Of a stretch of 51,740 bases of DNA, positions 25,958-38,722 are shown in pieces. Position numbers and translations under genes: made by a program. Position 1 is the first letter of the stretch. Every line of letters begins with the position of its first letter. Source of the DNA: Octopus bimaculoides (taxonomy: Eukaryota); contig NC_068985.1 of assembly GCF_001194135.2 (NCBI RefSeq), positions 101,902,100 to 101,953,839 on the forward strand. Direction: 5' to 3'. The notes beneath the pieces were generated by a model that was not told the DNA's origin, ran no database searches, and saw nothing but the letters and a program-made list of their open reading frames with translations.

Positions 25958-26034
25958 CCTTCTCTTTTTGCAAGCACCAAAGAAGCAGTTGTGACGATTG
26001 TGGTGATGGTGGTGTGATAGTCGTGGTGGTTGTG

Positions 26035-26085
26035 GTGGTAGTAGTAGTAATAGTAGTTGTATGAACTTCTACCATAACTACATTC

Positions 26086-26117
<32 letters not shown>

Positions 26118-26166
26118 ACGGCGGTGGCAGTGGTGGTGGTGGTAGTATTAGTAGTATTAGTAGTAA

Positions 26167-26200
<34 letters not shown>

Positions 26201-26240
26201 TGTTGTTGTTGTTGTTTTAGTAGCAGTAGTAGTAATAGTA
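26035..26240. repeat. (GTA/TAG)n imperfect trinucleotide tract
   Basis: Read directly; source of the poly-V and poly-L ORFs. Confidence 0.95.
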
Positions 26241-26476
26241 TAAACACCCTAAATATCATCATCGCGTTTCCTTTGTAGAACTTTGGTGCAAATATACGAG
26301 TAGTAGCAGCAGTAGTAGAATTATCAACATCTTGAATGTCATCATCGTATACCCTTAGCAGACCTTTGGAGCGAACTGTTCATCATGTCGTATGGTTTCT
26401 GGTAAAAAGTTCCTTTCTCGGTTGCCGGGTGCTCCAAACTAGAGACGAATACCTGCCGGTTGTATTACCACATGTT

Positions 26477-26857
26477 ATACATATCGCGGTAATATGCGTA
26501 GCATCTTGCTAGGAATAGAACTAAGAGCTCCACTTACTTTCGACATATCTTCATTTCCTATATTCCAGACTGTTGAAAATTCGTAGTAAATCTGAAATTA
26601 CTTAACCATTTTTCCTCTGTGCTAGCTATATTCTAGTCTCCTGGGATGACTGCATTTATAATTTGATATTTTTTATCTTTTTCCAACTCAGTTTTGTCTA
26701 TTTTGAAGGTGGATTATCACTTTATCAATATAAAGTTTAGAATCACACAAAATCTTAGATATTCTTTCTATAATACTCTGTTTGCTTTATATGTGTACCA
26801 TTTCTTGACTACCTCGAAATCGCAGTCATTGCAGATGCGAATATATTTTAACGATAT
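26477..26857. repeat. Copy 2 of the ~380-bp direct duplication
   Basis: See 25578-25957. Confidence 0.92.
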
Positions 26858-26882
26858 GCATATGCAAGCGTTAAAGTGGCAT

Positions 26883-27168
26883 TATTGGGTTGGCAACTAG
26901 GTTCCCACCGTTTTTTTAAAAATTTAAATGTTTTATAAGGTTTAATAAAAACTAACAACTAATTAATCAATAATGCATTCACCCTTGTTGTTTACAACTT
27001 CTTCCCATCGTTCAAGAAGATTTTTAATACTTCGTTGAGAGAAATCACCCGATTTCCACTCGAAAAATTGATTAAACCAATCATCAGTATTGAACAAATC
27101 TCCACGCATAGCATTTGAAAGAGATTGAAAGAGGTGGAAATCCGTTGGTGCCAAATCAGGAGAAATAA
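26883..27168 (-). mobile_element. Mariner transposon 3' end (transposase C-terminus plus TIR)
   Basis: Minus strand SPDLAPTDFHLFQSL...WFNQFFEWKS..F..RSIKNLLERWEEVVNNKGECIID contains the YSPDLAPxD mariner motif. Terminal TA + ttgggttggcaacta is a mariner-type TIR. Cut off by the AT tract and gap. Confidence 0.92.
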
Positions 27169-29989
27169 AATAATAATAATAATATATATATATATATATA
27201 TANNNNNNNNNNNNNNNNNNNNNNNNNNNNNNNNNNNNNNNNNNNNNNNNNNNNNNNNNNNNNNNNNNNNNNNNNNNNNNNNNNNNNNNNNNNNNNNNNN
27301 NNNNNNNNNNNNNNNNNNNNNNNNNNNNNNNNNNNNNNNNNNNNNNNNNNNNNNNNNNNNNNNNNNNNNNNNNNNNNNNNNNNNNNNNNNNNNNNNNNNN
27401 NNNNNNNNNNNNNNNNNNNNNNNNNNNNNNNNNNNNNNNNNNNNNNNNNNNNNNNNNNNNNNNNNNNNNNNNNNNNNNNNNNNNTATATATATATTTGTA
27501 CGTGCATATATGCATGTAATATGGGATTTTGCGTTTACGTGTGTGTGTGTGTGTGTGTATGTGTTTGAATAAGTGAGCTGTACAATCTCGTAGTTTACAA
27601 AATGGCTGTGTTTATTTTATGTTAACACAGAGCACGTGTACGTGCTTGTATAAATTTGTAATTTTTCTTCTAATATACGACAATATATATATTCTTTGAA
27701 ATTTATGTATTTTCTATATCGGAGAGATTATCGGTTAGCTCATGATAAGTTGCTAAGTATGTATTGGAGATACCATCTTTATTGTTCCCTTCCATCAGGC
27801 GTATTTGGAATATAAATGAGAATTGGGTTTATATTGCGATGTTCTATTTACACTTGTCCACTCATCTACAACACAGTGTTCTTCCATCTGGAATGTATTG
27901 TCTTCAGTGTTGGTTTTAAATGCTTTTCGATAGTTTAAGATATTGCATTCAAGCGTGTTACAGAATACGCGTTTTTAGATAAAAGTAAAACTCACAGAAT
28001 TTTCTATTATACTGTAAATTGAAATGTCAGCTATTATGAGTTTCGTATAGCTGAGCAGTTTGGAAGTGAACAAATGAAAAATATGCTTACGAAACCATTT
28101 TTGTTTATATGTTTTCATCCAGAGGCAGCATTTTATTTCGTTGCATGTATAGATATGTTAAACATTCATGGAATATCGATGGCTTTAAATTGCATATAAA
28201 GGTAAATTACATTTACATTCAATTTTAAATTTTTCAAACATTTCTTAGATTTTCGTAAGATTATGATGCCATAAAAGCGTATGTATCGTTATTAACGAAT
28301 ATGTTGGGTTTTTTTTTTTGGGGGGGGGGGTCAAATGGCTTGTGAGGGTTAGAATGGAAACCAAACAAGTTATAATGTGCAAAATAATCTTTTGCAATAC
28401 TCATACATATCAAACTGTCATTAGTGAAGCTTTGGAGTATAATTAGTTAAAGAACATTACCAAAGGACATAATCCTCGATTAATGTGAAGCCATATGCCC
28501 AGCTCTAAATTCAGATAAATAAGGAGATGTTTATAAGGTTGCTGACCTCAATAGACTTGAATTACTTTTTTATTCTAGCGACACGCGTTCAGCTTGGTTC
28601 TTAAAACATTTTTTGATAAGAATCAACAAACGACACCGGGCACATCGATATTTTATCAGATGGAATTGCTTCAAAATTCTTCACACTTTCAAGAATTTGT
28701 GTGTGTTTGTGTGTATTTATGTGTGTGTGAGTGTTTGTGTGTGCATACTATTTCACAAAAATCAATAATTTTTTTTTTAACACGTTATGGAATATAATTT
28801 ATTTGGGAAAATTAACTTCCAATATTTTAATGCTTTTAATTGATTTTATATCTAGCGTAGACTAGGAGCGTTCCATTTGTTCAATCAACTGTACAAACAC
28901 ATACTATGTATCTTATAAAGGCTACATTTTCAAAAGATCGCCAATTCAAATAGATCAGGCTCTCTTGTGTGTGTATGCGTGCGCGAGCGGTTGTGTGTGT
29001 CCGTGCGTGTGTGTGTGCAGTAATAATTAGCATTTTCCATTGTCTAGCAATTTCACATCTTCAAGTCAAATGACTGCCTGACTGGGTAAGGATACTAAGA
29101 TTGAGAGCATGTAGTATGTTCTTAGAAATATAATATTTCTAAATCTCTCAGAGAGATTTAAGCAGTAGTGTGTTCCCTTATTGGGATTGTCACATTAAGT
29201 TGACAACATACTACAAGTAATATGTTCTGTTTTCAAAGACTGAGAGTGTATGTCATTGAAGTATCTTCTTGTGATATCGTTTGGTACTGAGCGCATGGGA
29301 GGGGTATCGTTTCTTTCATATCTCCTCTGAGTTGATACCCCTCTTTTTTGTCACAGTTATCTACCTTCGCGTCTTTTTACACACTTCTATCGCAATTTCT
29401 TCTGCTTTCTCTTCTGCTTCACATCGTTCGATCGTGCTTATCTACTCTGTTTCACACTTTCTTCGGGAAGCTTAACAATTGAGCAATGGCATAAAAATGT
29501 CAAACCTTCCACTAATCCACACCTCCCCCCAAATTATTTTCCCATCTGGAAAAAAAGGACCCGTGCATACAGCAGCACTAATTACCCATCTTCTTTCATC
29601 TGTAACTTCCACCTCACAATTATTTCATTCTCTCACTGACTAATCCGGTTTTTCAATCCCAACTAGGCTTAAACGTTTTTCTAAAGAAGGATTAACGTTC
29701 GAAAGGTAGAGGTTATATGTCTTACCTTAAGATAATATAGTATTTATTACAGCTTGCCTTTCTAGTGTTGATATTATATATTCACCGATGTATTTACAAT
29801 AGATTCATACACTCACACGTACAATGTCCGTGTGCGTTTGTATATATATATATATATGATGTGTATTTGGCAACCGGTGACGGTGTGTTTATATCCCTGT
29901 ACCATAACATATCGACAAAAGAGAATGAGTACTGGGGTCATTGAATTCAACTAAAAATTCTCCTTGGCGGTACTTTGCAACAACGTTTC

Positions 29990-31420
29990 CACATCTCAGC
30001 GGGACAATTGCAATTAAACATATCAAAGTAATTTTGTCCACAGGAATTAATACATCGAGATACATGAATACTGATATAATATCTGTCATTGATGAAATGA
30101 GCTTAAGTTACAGAAATGGCCATGATGGATTCCCAGCAAACATCTTAAATCAATCATCTTCGAAAGCTTCTTTGCAAGTAGTTGAGATCGCTAAAAGATA
30201 AAGGAGCACATAATATGTCTCATCCATAAACGTTGGAACAGTGCAAGAGTTAAAAATGACAGGCCTGTCACTCTAACATCACATGAAATCAAAGTCATAG
30301 AACGAATTGTCGTGAGGAAACTGATCACGTTCCCCGAAGATAATGACTTGCCTCCTGCCACCTAGCATGGCTACGGCTCAGAAAGAGGCTTTCACAATTT
30401 TGATTCATTATGCCTGGGTGTTAATGCAATTTATATATCGCTCACACTTGGTTGTGATATATGTATTAATTTGCAAAGGATTCAAAAGGTTGTTCACGGA
30501 ATGATTTGTCAAGAGTCGGCATATTTGGAAAATTGGATGTTTGATTACATGAGTCATTAAAAGACTTGCTGCAGCAAACAATGGAGTTTTCTCCAAGGAG
30601 ACATTAACAGCGAGTGCTACAGAAAGATGTATATGCCATATATAAGTGGGCTGACTGAATCAATATACAATTTCACGCGGAGAAACGCCAAGTGTTTCGC
30701 TAATTACCAGCTTCTACTAACACGCCACAATAATGATACTTTGGGTCAAAAGTATTTGCAATCCCACAGTCACATGACCTGGGGATTGATATGAGCAATG
30801 ATGCATTATTTGATGTACTTATCACCGGGACTGTAGCATGTGTAGACGAGTTGCCAGATAGTTTCCGAGAAATGTTAGAACAAGGGACCAGGAAACAATG
30901 CTGGTCGCATGGAGTACATTTCTCTTAGTCTTTTGGGCTTCTCATCTCAACTATGGTCAGAACCCGCTGTCAATTTTGTAGCTGAACACGAGGCAGTCCA
31001 GTAGTTTTGCATCAAGTAGCTAGCATCAACGAAACACTCGAGATATTGTGAAAATTGAAAAAGAATTACAACGAAGATGTGAGATGTATGCAGTGGTATT
31101 CATATGGATGATCGAAGGGGCACTGGAACCAAACTTTGTCATCATCAGTTGTGCCAACAACTCAATAGGCATCTGCTGCACTGTTCTAAACATCCCAACC
31201 ATCTCTTTTAGAACAAGGACCAATTACAACAATACACTAGGATTCAAAGACCCACAGCTATTTAAATCCTTCCTGAAAAAAAACATTGAGTTATGTGAAT
31301 TAAGGTACATGTCTTCAAGAGGACCATTCATCTTCTGCTGTCCAAGATCACATGACGGCAAGGAATTCGAACGAGGTTAGCAAGAGCAAACTTCCACATT
31401 CACCAAAAGCCAACCACTTA
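29990..31420 (+). mobile_element. Decayed CR1/L2-like non-LTR retrotransposon ORF2 (RT and C-terminus), internally deleted
   Basis: IISVIDEM..GHDGFPANIL; KNDRPVTLTSHEIKVIERIV..LITF.EDNDL...*HGY (cf. NYRPISLTS..K..E..QHGF); AK..KVVHGMIC / GIFGKL; and QRRCEMYAVVFIW..G.EPNF...LGFKDPQLF near the 3' end. Confidence 0.8.
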
Positions 31421-31495
31421 GGAATAACCGTTGAAAAGGGGATAGGAGCAGAGTTTATAATATATACATATGCATATACGTATATGTACATACAT

Positions 31496-31642
<147 letters not shown>

Positions 31643-32643
31643 TGTGTATGTATATATATGTATGTAAATGTATGTGTTATTATTTCAGATTTCTCGTTAT
31701 TTTAAAATTTCAGTTGAATAATGAAGAAAGTTGTGAGAAAGAACACTAAGTTAATAGAAAATTAAGTTGAAGGATGAATTTCAAATGTATGACCGAAATT
31801 CGAATTCATATCGCAATTCACTAGGTAAAAAAAAATATATAAATTGTTTGATATAAAGAAAATTAAATGTACACACAAAACAATTTCAATAAAGTATATG
31901 AAGAGGCATTACATATTAGAAATTGCATATTGCTTGAACTGAGATGGGAAATCTGAAATTATTTTCAATATTTCATGTAATGATTACTTATATTCATATA
32001 TTTTTTTAGCACTGACGTAAATAAATCCATGTGAGAGAAAAAAAAAGCCCTTTCTTTACGTTATGGATTCACGTTCGTTTATTGCAATTTCTGCCACAGT
32101 TGTTCTCGTATCCTAAAATTACTGACATTATTTGCTATATTTATACCGAACACGATAGCTGTTCTTTTTTATCAGATTTCTCATTCAAATATCTATTAGA
32201 ACGTTGGCGGGGGGAAACTGTGAAGATATCAATAACTGAAATAATCATCAATATTCGCAGAAACAATATATAGGGCCTTCTTTCTTTTTCTGTTTGCATA
32301 AGTTATTATCTTTCTTTCTCTCTTACACGTTGTCTAATTCCGTCGTTTGCAATATAATTCATTTTTACGCTTTGTAGCACTTAGGTTGACTTCCGGCTAT
32401 ATGCCAACGGCCTGTAACTTGTTATCTGCTAAACGCATTGCATCGGATAATGTTTTCAAGTCCCCACTTGTCAAACACACGTTCTCAGACTGCAAAAAAA
32501 AAAAAAGAATATCAGATAGCATCCAAGTATCGTTCATATGATTGCGTTTCTGTGAATGTATGATTGTACGGAAACATATGTATGCGTGTGTAGTTTATAC
32601 ATACATACATACATACATACATACACACACACACAGACACACG

Positions 32644-32723
<80 letters not shown>

Positions 32724-32811
32724 TGAGTACATATTTTGATATATACATATGCACACTTAAGTCCGAAGACACACGTGCCCACATACATATATACGTGAAT
32801 GTATGTATGTC

Positions 32812-32849
<38 letters not shown>

Positions 32850-33039
32850 AATACCAACGTATATAACATGTACATATGAATGTGTTGTATGTGTATGCGC
32901 ATATTGCTGAGCATTCGTAGCTGTTGATACTATCTCGTTTCTGGTGAAAACGTTTTAATAATATATAACTTCCAAATAATTTGTGTTTTGTATGAATTAT
33001 TTTTTTCTTATTGTTTTCTATTTCAAGAGATATCATTCC

Positions 33040-33132
33040 TTGTGTATCTGCGTATGTGTGCGTGTGTTTATGTATGAGTGTGCTTGTGTGCATGCGTGTA
33101 TGAGTGTGTGTGCGCGTGTGTATGTGTGTGTT

Positions 33133-33222
<90 letters not shown>

Positions 33223-33240
33223 TGTGTGTCTGTGTCTTGT
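33040..33240. repeat. (GT)n microsatellite with degenerate flank
   Basis: Read directly. Confidence 0.95.
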
Positions 33241-35735
33241 GTATAGCTGGCCCTGTTCGTGAGATTTTTGTTTTTTCTAAACACTGATGATGCTCCGTTA
33301 TCCCGCTATTTTCTCTACGTTTTCCCATATATTTTAATGAAATGATCCGTCTGAAACACTTCAACCTATTAATCAGCCATGCTTTTTTTTTCTCTTTCGT
33401 ACACATTCCAGATAAACATTGAACTCTCACTCATATATATATATATGTATGTATGTGCATACATATATAGAAACATACATACATGCACGTACGTATCATT
33501 GACTATATATATATCTATGTGTATATAGTCATATATTAATATATTAATTAATATCGATTAATTAACTATGCATACGATTCTGTAATTATGTGTATATATG
33601 TATATATGTAGGTTTAAAATAATGGTCAATACATATTTTTTATCTCTATACGTATGTATGCATATTTCCTTTATATAAATGTATGTGTGTGTGTATATAT
33701 ACATATATGTATGTATGCATGCATATATGTATGTACGGGTGTGTGTGTTTTTGTGTTGTATTTTATTTTTTACTGTCGATTATACATCGGGAGTTGGAGA
33801 ATTTTGTTTTCATTATTATTTAAAGGTTGTTTCATGTTGTTGATTATATATTATTGGTTCGAAATTTTAGCACAAGGCCAGCAATTTCGGAGGAACATGT
33901 AAGTCGATTACAACGAGATTGAGGTTCTTTGTTATTGGCGAATGTTTTCTATCTGTTATAGCAGTCTCTTCGTTACAACTACTGAGTTTTAATAATACGG
34001 TTTGGGATCATTCTCACTCTTTTATTTTTTTTTAAGTCAATATGGCTGACAAAAAATACCTCGATGAACGTTCCCAAAAATTATATTAAAAAAAACAATG
34101 TAGAATCTCATACATGTACAATTGAGAATTGATTAGATCGTTTAACACATATTACCCAATGAATTGAAATTTTCCATCTAGAAATTACAAGTGTGGTTGA
34201 TAACTGTAATTTAGAGAATGCAGATTGGCATGAAATTTTTTTGTGAAATAGACGTGAGGGATTATGTTTCGTTTAATATTGATTGTTCTCCTGCTATGTT
34301 TGCCGTCTATATGCTGCACATCAATGCATGGACAGAATTGTGAAGGGGTTAGAAATTCTTTGGGTTTTTTTCTGATTAACAGTTATCACGATCTGAGTTC
34401 TAAAAATCATGTCGGTGCAGATTTGTGATTTAGGCAAATAATATACAATGTACTCGAAAGTAGCTGTAAAGAAGCCTGCAAGTTCGATTACTGAAATAGA
34501 ACGGATAAAACTCAGGCCCCACCACTGTGGCGAAGCATTAGGTAAATTATAGTAGGATGCGCGCTTTCACGAATTGAGGGTATTTTGCTAGTGTAAAGCA
34601 TCAATTCAAACGGTGGTGGACAGACAGAATATGTCTTGTATATTTGTTCCAGTTTCTTGCGCTATGAACTTTAATCTCGTTGGAGTCGATTTTACTTTAC
34701 ATTCGTCTTGAGTTCATCAAATAGTCTTAGTCAAGTAACTAAGAGGAATTGAACTGAGTAACCCTACTCCGAATCTATTGCTTTTTTTTTTTTTGCTTAT
34801 TAGAAATTGTCACCATCATTAAAATCATCATCAAGGCCATTAGTATAGTATTATCATCATCACCATCCACATTATCATGCTCCTATTATTGTTATTATCA
34901 CTATCATTATTATTATTGTTGTTGTTGTTGTTGTTACATTGTCGGTTTTTTTTTTCTATTTTGTATTATTGTACAGCTTGTGGGGATAAATATTATACGT
35001 GTGTAGGAGTGTTTGTTCTCTACTGATGGATATTATGATAATGGTTATTTATGGGTATGTGTGCATATGCTTGTGATTGTATATATATATATATATATAT
35101 GTTTGAAATAAACTCCATCGTATAATCGTATAGACTTACATTTGTACTGATGTGAAATGGGTAGAAACAAGAAAGAAATAATGGTTTGCAATCACTGAAT
35201 TTATCATGTTATCTAGTGTCTTTATTAATTTTACGTATTTATTTTAATGTGTATACTTTATTTGGTTTCCTCTCGTGTTTTATTTATTTATCTATTTATT
35301 CATATATTTATTTTGTAAATTATCTGATGGATGATGAAATATTGAACTTGATATAACATTAATTTCTTTATCCGTATAAGGTTAACAGAAAACAATATTT
35401 TTCTATATATGACCGAACAACAGGATGCCAGTTAATTCTCTAAGGGAGTATTTTTTTTTATTATTATTAATTGTTTTACTTTCTTTATAAACTCTATAAG
35501 TTATTGAGGTGTTATTTGTGATCTGTAAGATATTTTATCTTACAGAGAAAAGATATTACTTTTGTTTGAGTATGATATATGTTATAAAAGTGTTTCTACT
35601 GTTACATGTAGTTTGGTAGGTTCAATCTCTGTGGAACAAACATGGATACAATAATGATATTATTATTTTTTTGTTATTAGCGCTGGTTGTGTTCAAGGAG
35701 TTATTACTAGAGAACTGTCTTATATGTTCGTTTCT

Positions 35736-36450
35736 TATTTCTTTATTGCCTACAGGGAGCTAAACATAGAAGGTACAAACAAGGACAGACAAAGGGATTA
35801 AGTAGATTACATCGACCCTAGTGCATAACTGGTACTTAATTTATTGACCCCGAAAGGATGAAAGGCAAAGTCGACCTCGGCGGAATTTGAACTGAGAACG
35901 TAACTGCAGATGAAATACCGCTTAGCATTTCGCCCGGCGTGCTAACGTTTCTGCTAGCTCACCGCCTTAATATATTCACCGTCTTATATATTCGTTTCTA
36001 CAAGAGGCACAAAGTCTCAAATATTAATTTTTACAATAGACACAAGAATTGGAATTTTGGAGAATGGCCCGGTGCACCACTAGTAATTCTTTAAATCCAC
36101 CCCAAAACGGAGAAAAGCAAAGTCGCTTTCATCGGAATTTTAACTCAGTATGCAAAGGCGGGTGAAATCTCGCAAAGCATTTTGTCTGACATGCTAATGA
36201 TTCTGCATGCTCACAGCCTTACTGTCTTAGACTTTTAGTTTCAGATTCTGGGCAAAGGTCAGCCATTTTATGGTAAGATGTAACTTGACTGCATCGACAC
36301 CACTATGTAACTGATACTAATTGTATGGACCCCGAAAGTATGAAAGTCAAAGCAGCCTCGGTGGAATTTCAACTCAGAAAGGAAAGACGCTAAAATGACA
36401 TTTAGCTAATTGACCGGCGCGTTAACTATTTTGCCTGACTCCCTCCTTAA
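35736..36450 (-). mobile_element. Three head-to-tail SINE family B copies (about 35736-35968, 35995-36220, 36232-36450)
   Basis: Same B-box and core motifs as the 15328-15998 array. The youngest copy is flanked by gtcttatat[g/a]ttcgtttct at 35717-35735 and 35981-35999, a 19-bp TSD with 1 mismatch. Confidence 0.9.
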
Positions 36451-36642
36451 GTCGCCCTGCATAACGGGTCTAAGAAAAATTTTCAGTACTTATGAATGAG
36501 ATGCAACTGTATGGTCGCAAATAAGTAAAATGATTTTAAATCAATATCTCTTTTAATTCACAATATGATATATTTTTAATTCATTAAAAGAATTTCACTG
36601 TATGTGTTTTTTTTGTTTTTTTTTTGTTTTTCTTATAAGTAA

Positions 36643-36975
36643 AGACGCATTGTTCAGTGATTAGAGCGTCGGGTTTATAATTGTGACGTTGTGGGTTCGA
36701 TTCTAGTACCGGTCAGTTGATTGCGATCATGGGCAAGACATTTTATTTCACGTTCCTCCAGTTCATTCAGTTGTAGAAATGAGTTGTGACAATACTGGTT
36801 CCACACTGTATCGGCCTTCGCCTTTCCCTTGACTACATCGGTGGCGTGGAGTGAAGAGACTGAGGAGCATGGGTGACTGATGTTTTGCGACAAACAACTT
36901 TGGCCGGACATGTGCCTCGGAGGGGAACATTCTAGACCCAATCCCTTGGTCGTTCGATACCAAAGGCGGTCATTT
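36643..36975 (+). mobile_element. tRNA-derived SINE family D with a CORE-like central segment
   Basis: Degenerate A box (tgttcagtgattag) and B box GGTTCGATTC, then atgggcaagacattttatttcac...ttcagttgtagaaatgagt, resembling the cttgggcaag...aaaatg CORE-type domain. Confidence 0.7.
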
Positions 36976-37185
36976 TTATTTTATATTATTTGGTTGTTTG
37001 GAGGGCGATTTCTATTGAAAGTATCAAACATACATGTAACGTGTTGATATTCTTATGTAAATAATTCTCGGCGGATTTAATTATCTTCAACTCTATTACA
37101 CTAGACTTTTATAAGATACAAAGGAGTGCTGTAATTTATGCATGTACGTTAAAGTGCACGCATGTATGCATGTATGTGTGTATGT

Positions 37186-37491
37186 GTGGAGGTGCAATGG
37201 CCCAGTGGTTAGGGCAGCGGACTCGCGGCCAAAGGATCGCGGTTTCGATTCCCAGACCGGGCGTTGTGAGTGTTTATTGTGCGAAAACACCTAAACGTTC
37301 CACGAGTCTCCGGCAGGGAATGGTGGCGAACCCTGCTGTACTCTTTCACCACAATTTTCTCTCACTCTTACTTCTTGTTTCTGTTGTGCCTGTAATTCAA
37401 AGGGTCAGCCTTGTCACACTGTGTCACGCTGAATATCCCCGAGAACTACGTTAAGGGTACACGTGTCTGTGGAGTGCTCAACCACTTGCAC
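37186..37491 (+). mobile_element. SINE family C lacking its last ~90 bp
   Basis: GTGGAGGTGCAATGGCCCAGTGGTTAG...GGTTTCGATTCCC. Colinear with the reverse complement of 14060-14370; stops at cttgcac. Confidence 0.92.
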
Positions 37492-37567
37492 TTCATAACA
37501 TTAATGAAATGACGTGCGTATATATATAAGTGTGTGTGTGTGTGTGTGTGCGTGTGTGTGTGTGTGT

Positions 37568-37780
37568 GTGTTTGTGTGTCTGTGTTTGTCCTCCCACCAT
37601 CGCTTGACAACCGATGGCGGTGTGTTTACGTCGCTATAACTTAGCGGTTCGGCAAAAGAGACCGATAGAATAAGTACTAGGCTTACAAAGAATAAGTCCT
37701 GGGGTCAATTTTCTCGACTGAATGGGGTGCTCCAGCATGGCCGCAGTCAAAATGACTGAAATAAATAAAAGAGTAAAGAG
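37568..37780 (+). mobile_element. SINE family A, 3' part
   Basis: Matches 1515-1725; ends in the taaaagagtaaagag tail. Confidence 0.92.
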
Positions 37781-37812
<32 letters not shown>

Positions 37813-38115
37813 TGTGTCTATGTCTGTAACTGTGTCCGTGTGTATCTGTCTGCCTAATGGCTGTATGTGTGTGTATGTATGTATATTTATAATCAGATAT
37901 GCATATGATCAAATTCGTTGTTGGTCCTAAACACTCTTTTACAAATTTTGGGTAGGGATGTGACTGATGTTGCAGTTTTGTAACAATCAGGACCCCCGCA
38001 ACTAACTGGAAATTAGATATTGAATTTGATGACATTGACACAAACGATCTTGGACTTGGACTATGAATTATTTTCTTTTTCCATACTTCTTCTCTTTCCC
38101 TGCTCTCCCCGCCCC

Positions 38116-38151
<36 letters not shown>

Positions 38152-38648
38152 ATCGCTTTCTCCCTGTATACATATACATATGTACACACACGTATTTGCG
38201 TGTGTATGTATGTATAATTTACAATCAATCATTCGTACCATCACAAATGTGTCTGTATTGAATGCAAACTCAGTATTTATCACCATTCAATTTCCACTAT
38301 TGTAACAGTCTACTCCGTCTGTATTTTCGTATTTTGCTGTATCTTTCTTACTTTCAGTTCATTGGTGTCATGTGTCACCATGTGCGAATGTGTTAAACGT
38401 ATAATAAAATAATAAATTAGGAGATTAGAAAATATGACGAGTAAATATTAACAAATGCGCTAGACATCGTTGAATGCTAACTGGGAGCGCCTTGGCTGAA
38501 TAACTGGACGGAAATTGATAAATGCACCTCGTAATTAATTCGAAAACGGAGGGCATGTGCTTTCAATTTCATGGATGACCGTACATTTCAAACGAATTAA
38601 GAGCGATAACTTTTGAATGGACAAGAAGAGGAAAGGGGAAAAAAAAAC

Positions 38649-38722
38649 AGAAGAAGAAGAAGAAGAAGAAGAAGAAGAAGAAGAAGAAGAAGAAGAAGAA
38701 GAAGAAGAAGAAGAAGAAGAAG
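38649..38722. repeat. (GAA)n microsatellite
   Basis: Read directly; source of the poly-R and poly-L ORFs. Confidence 0.97.

Noticed and set aside
25689-25990. Assignment of the duplicated hydrophobic frame to nAChR-like chemotactile receptors or gustatory-receptor-like proteins
   Set aside because: Only fleeting resemblance (FVVNL, ILDIL, YTLLFLQ), and the spacing does not fit those families. Left unassigned.
37186-37260. tRNA-like sequence (also 14295-14370 and 36643-36715)
   Set aside because: A and B boxes are present, but the acceptor stem does not close and the sequence runs into a SINE body. These are SINE heads, not tRNA genes.
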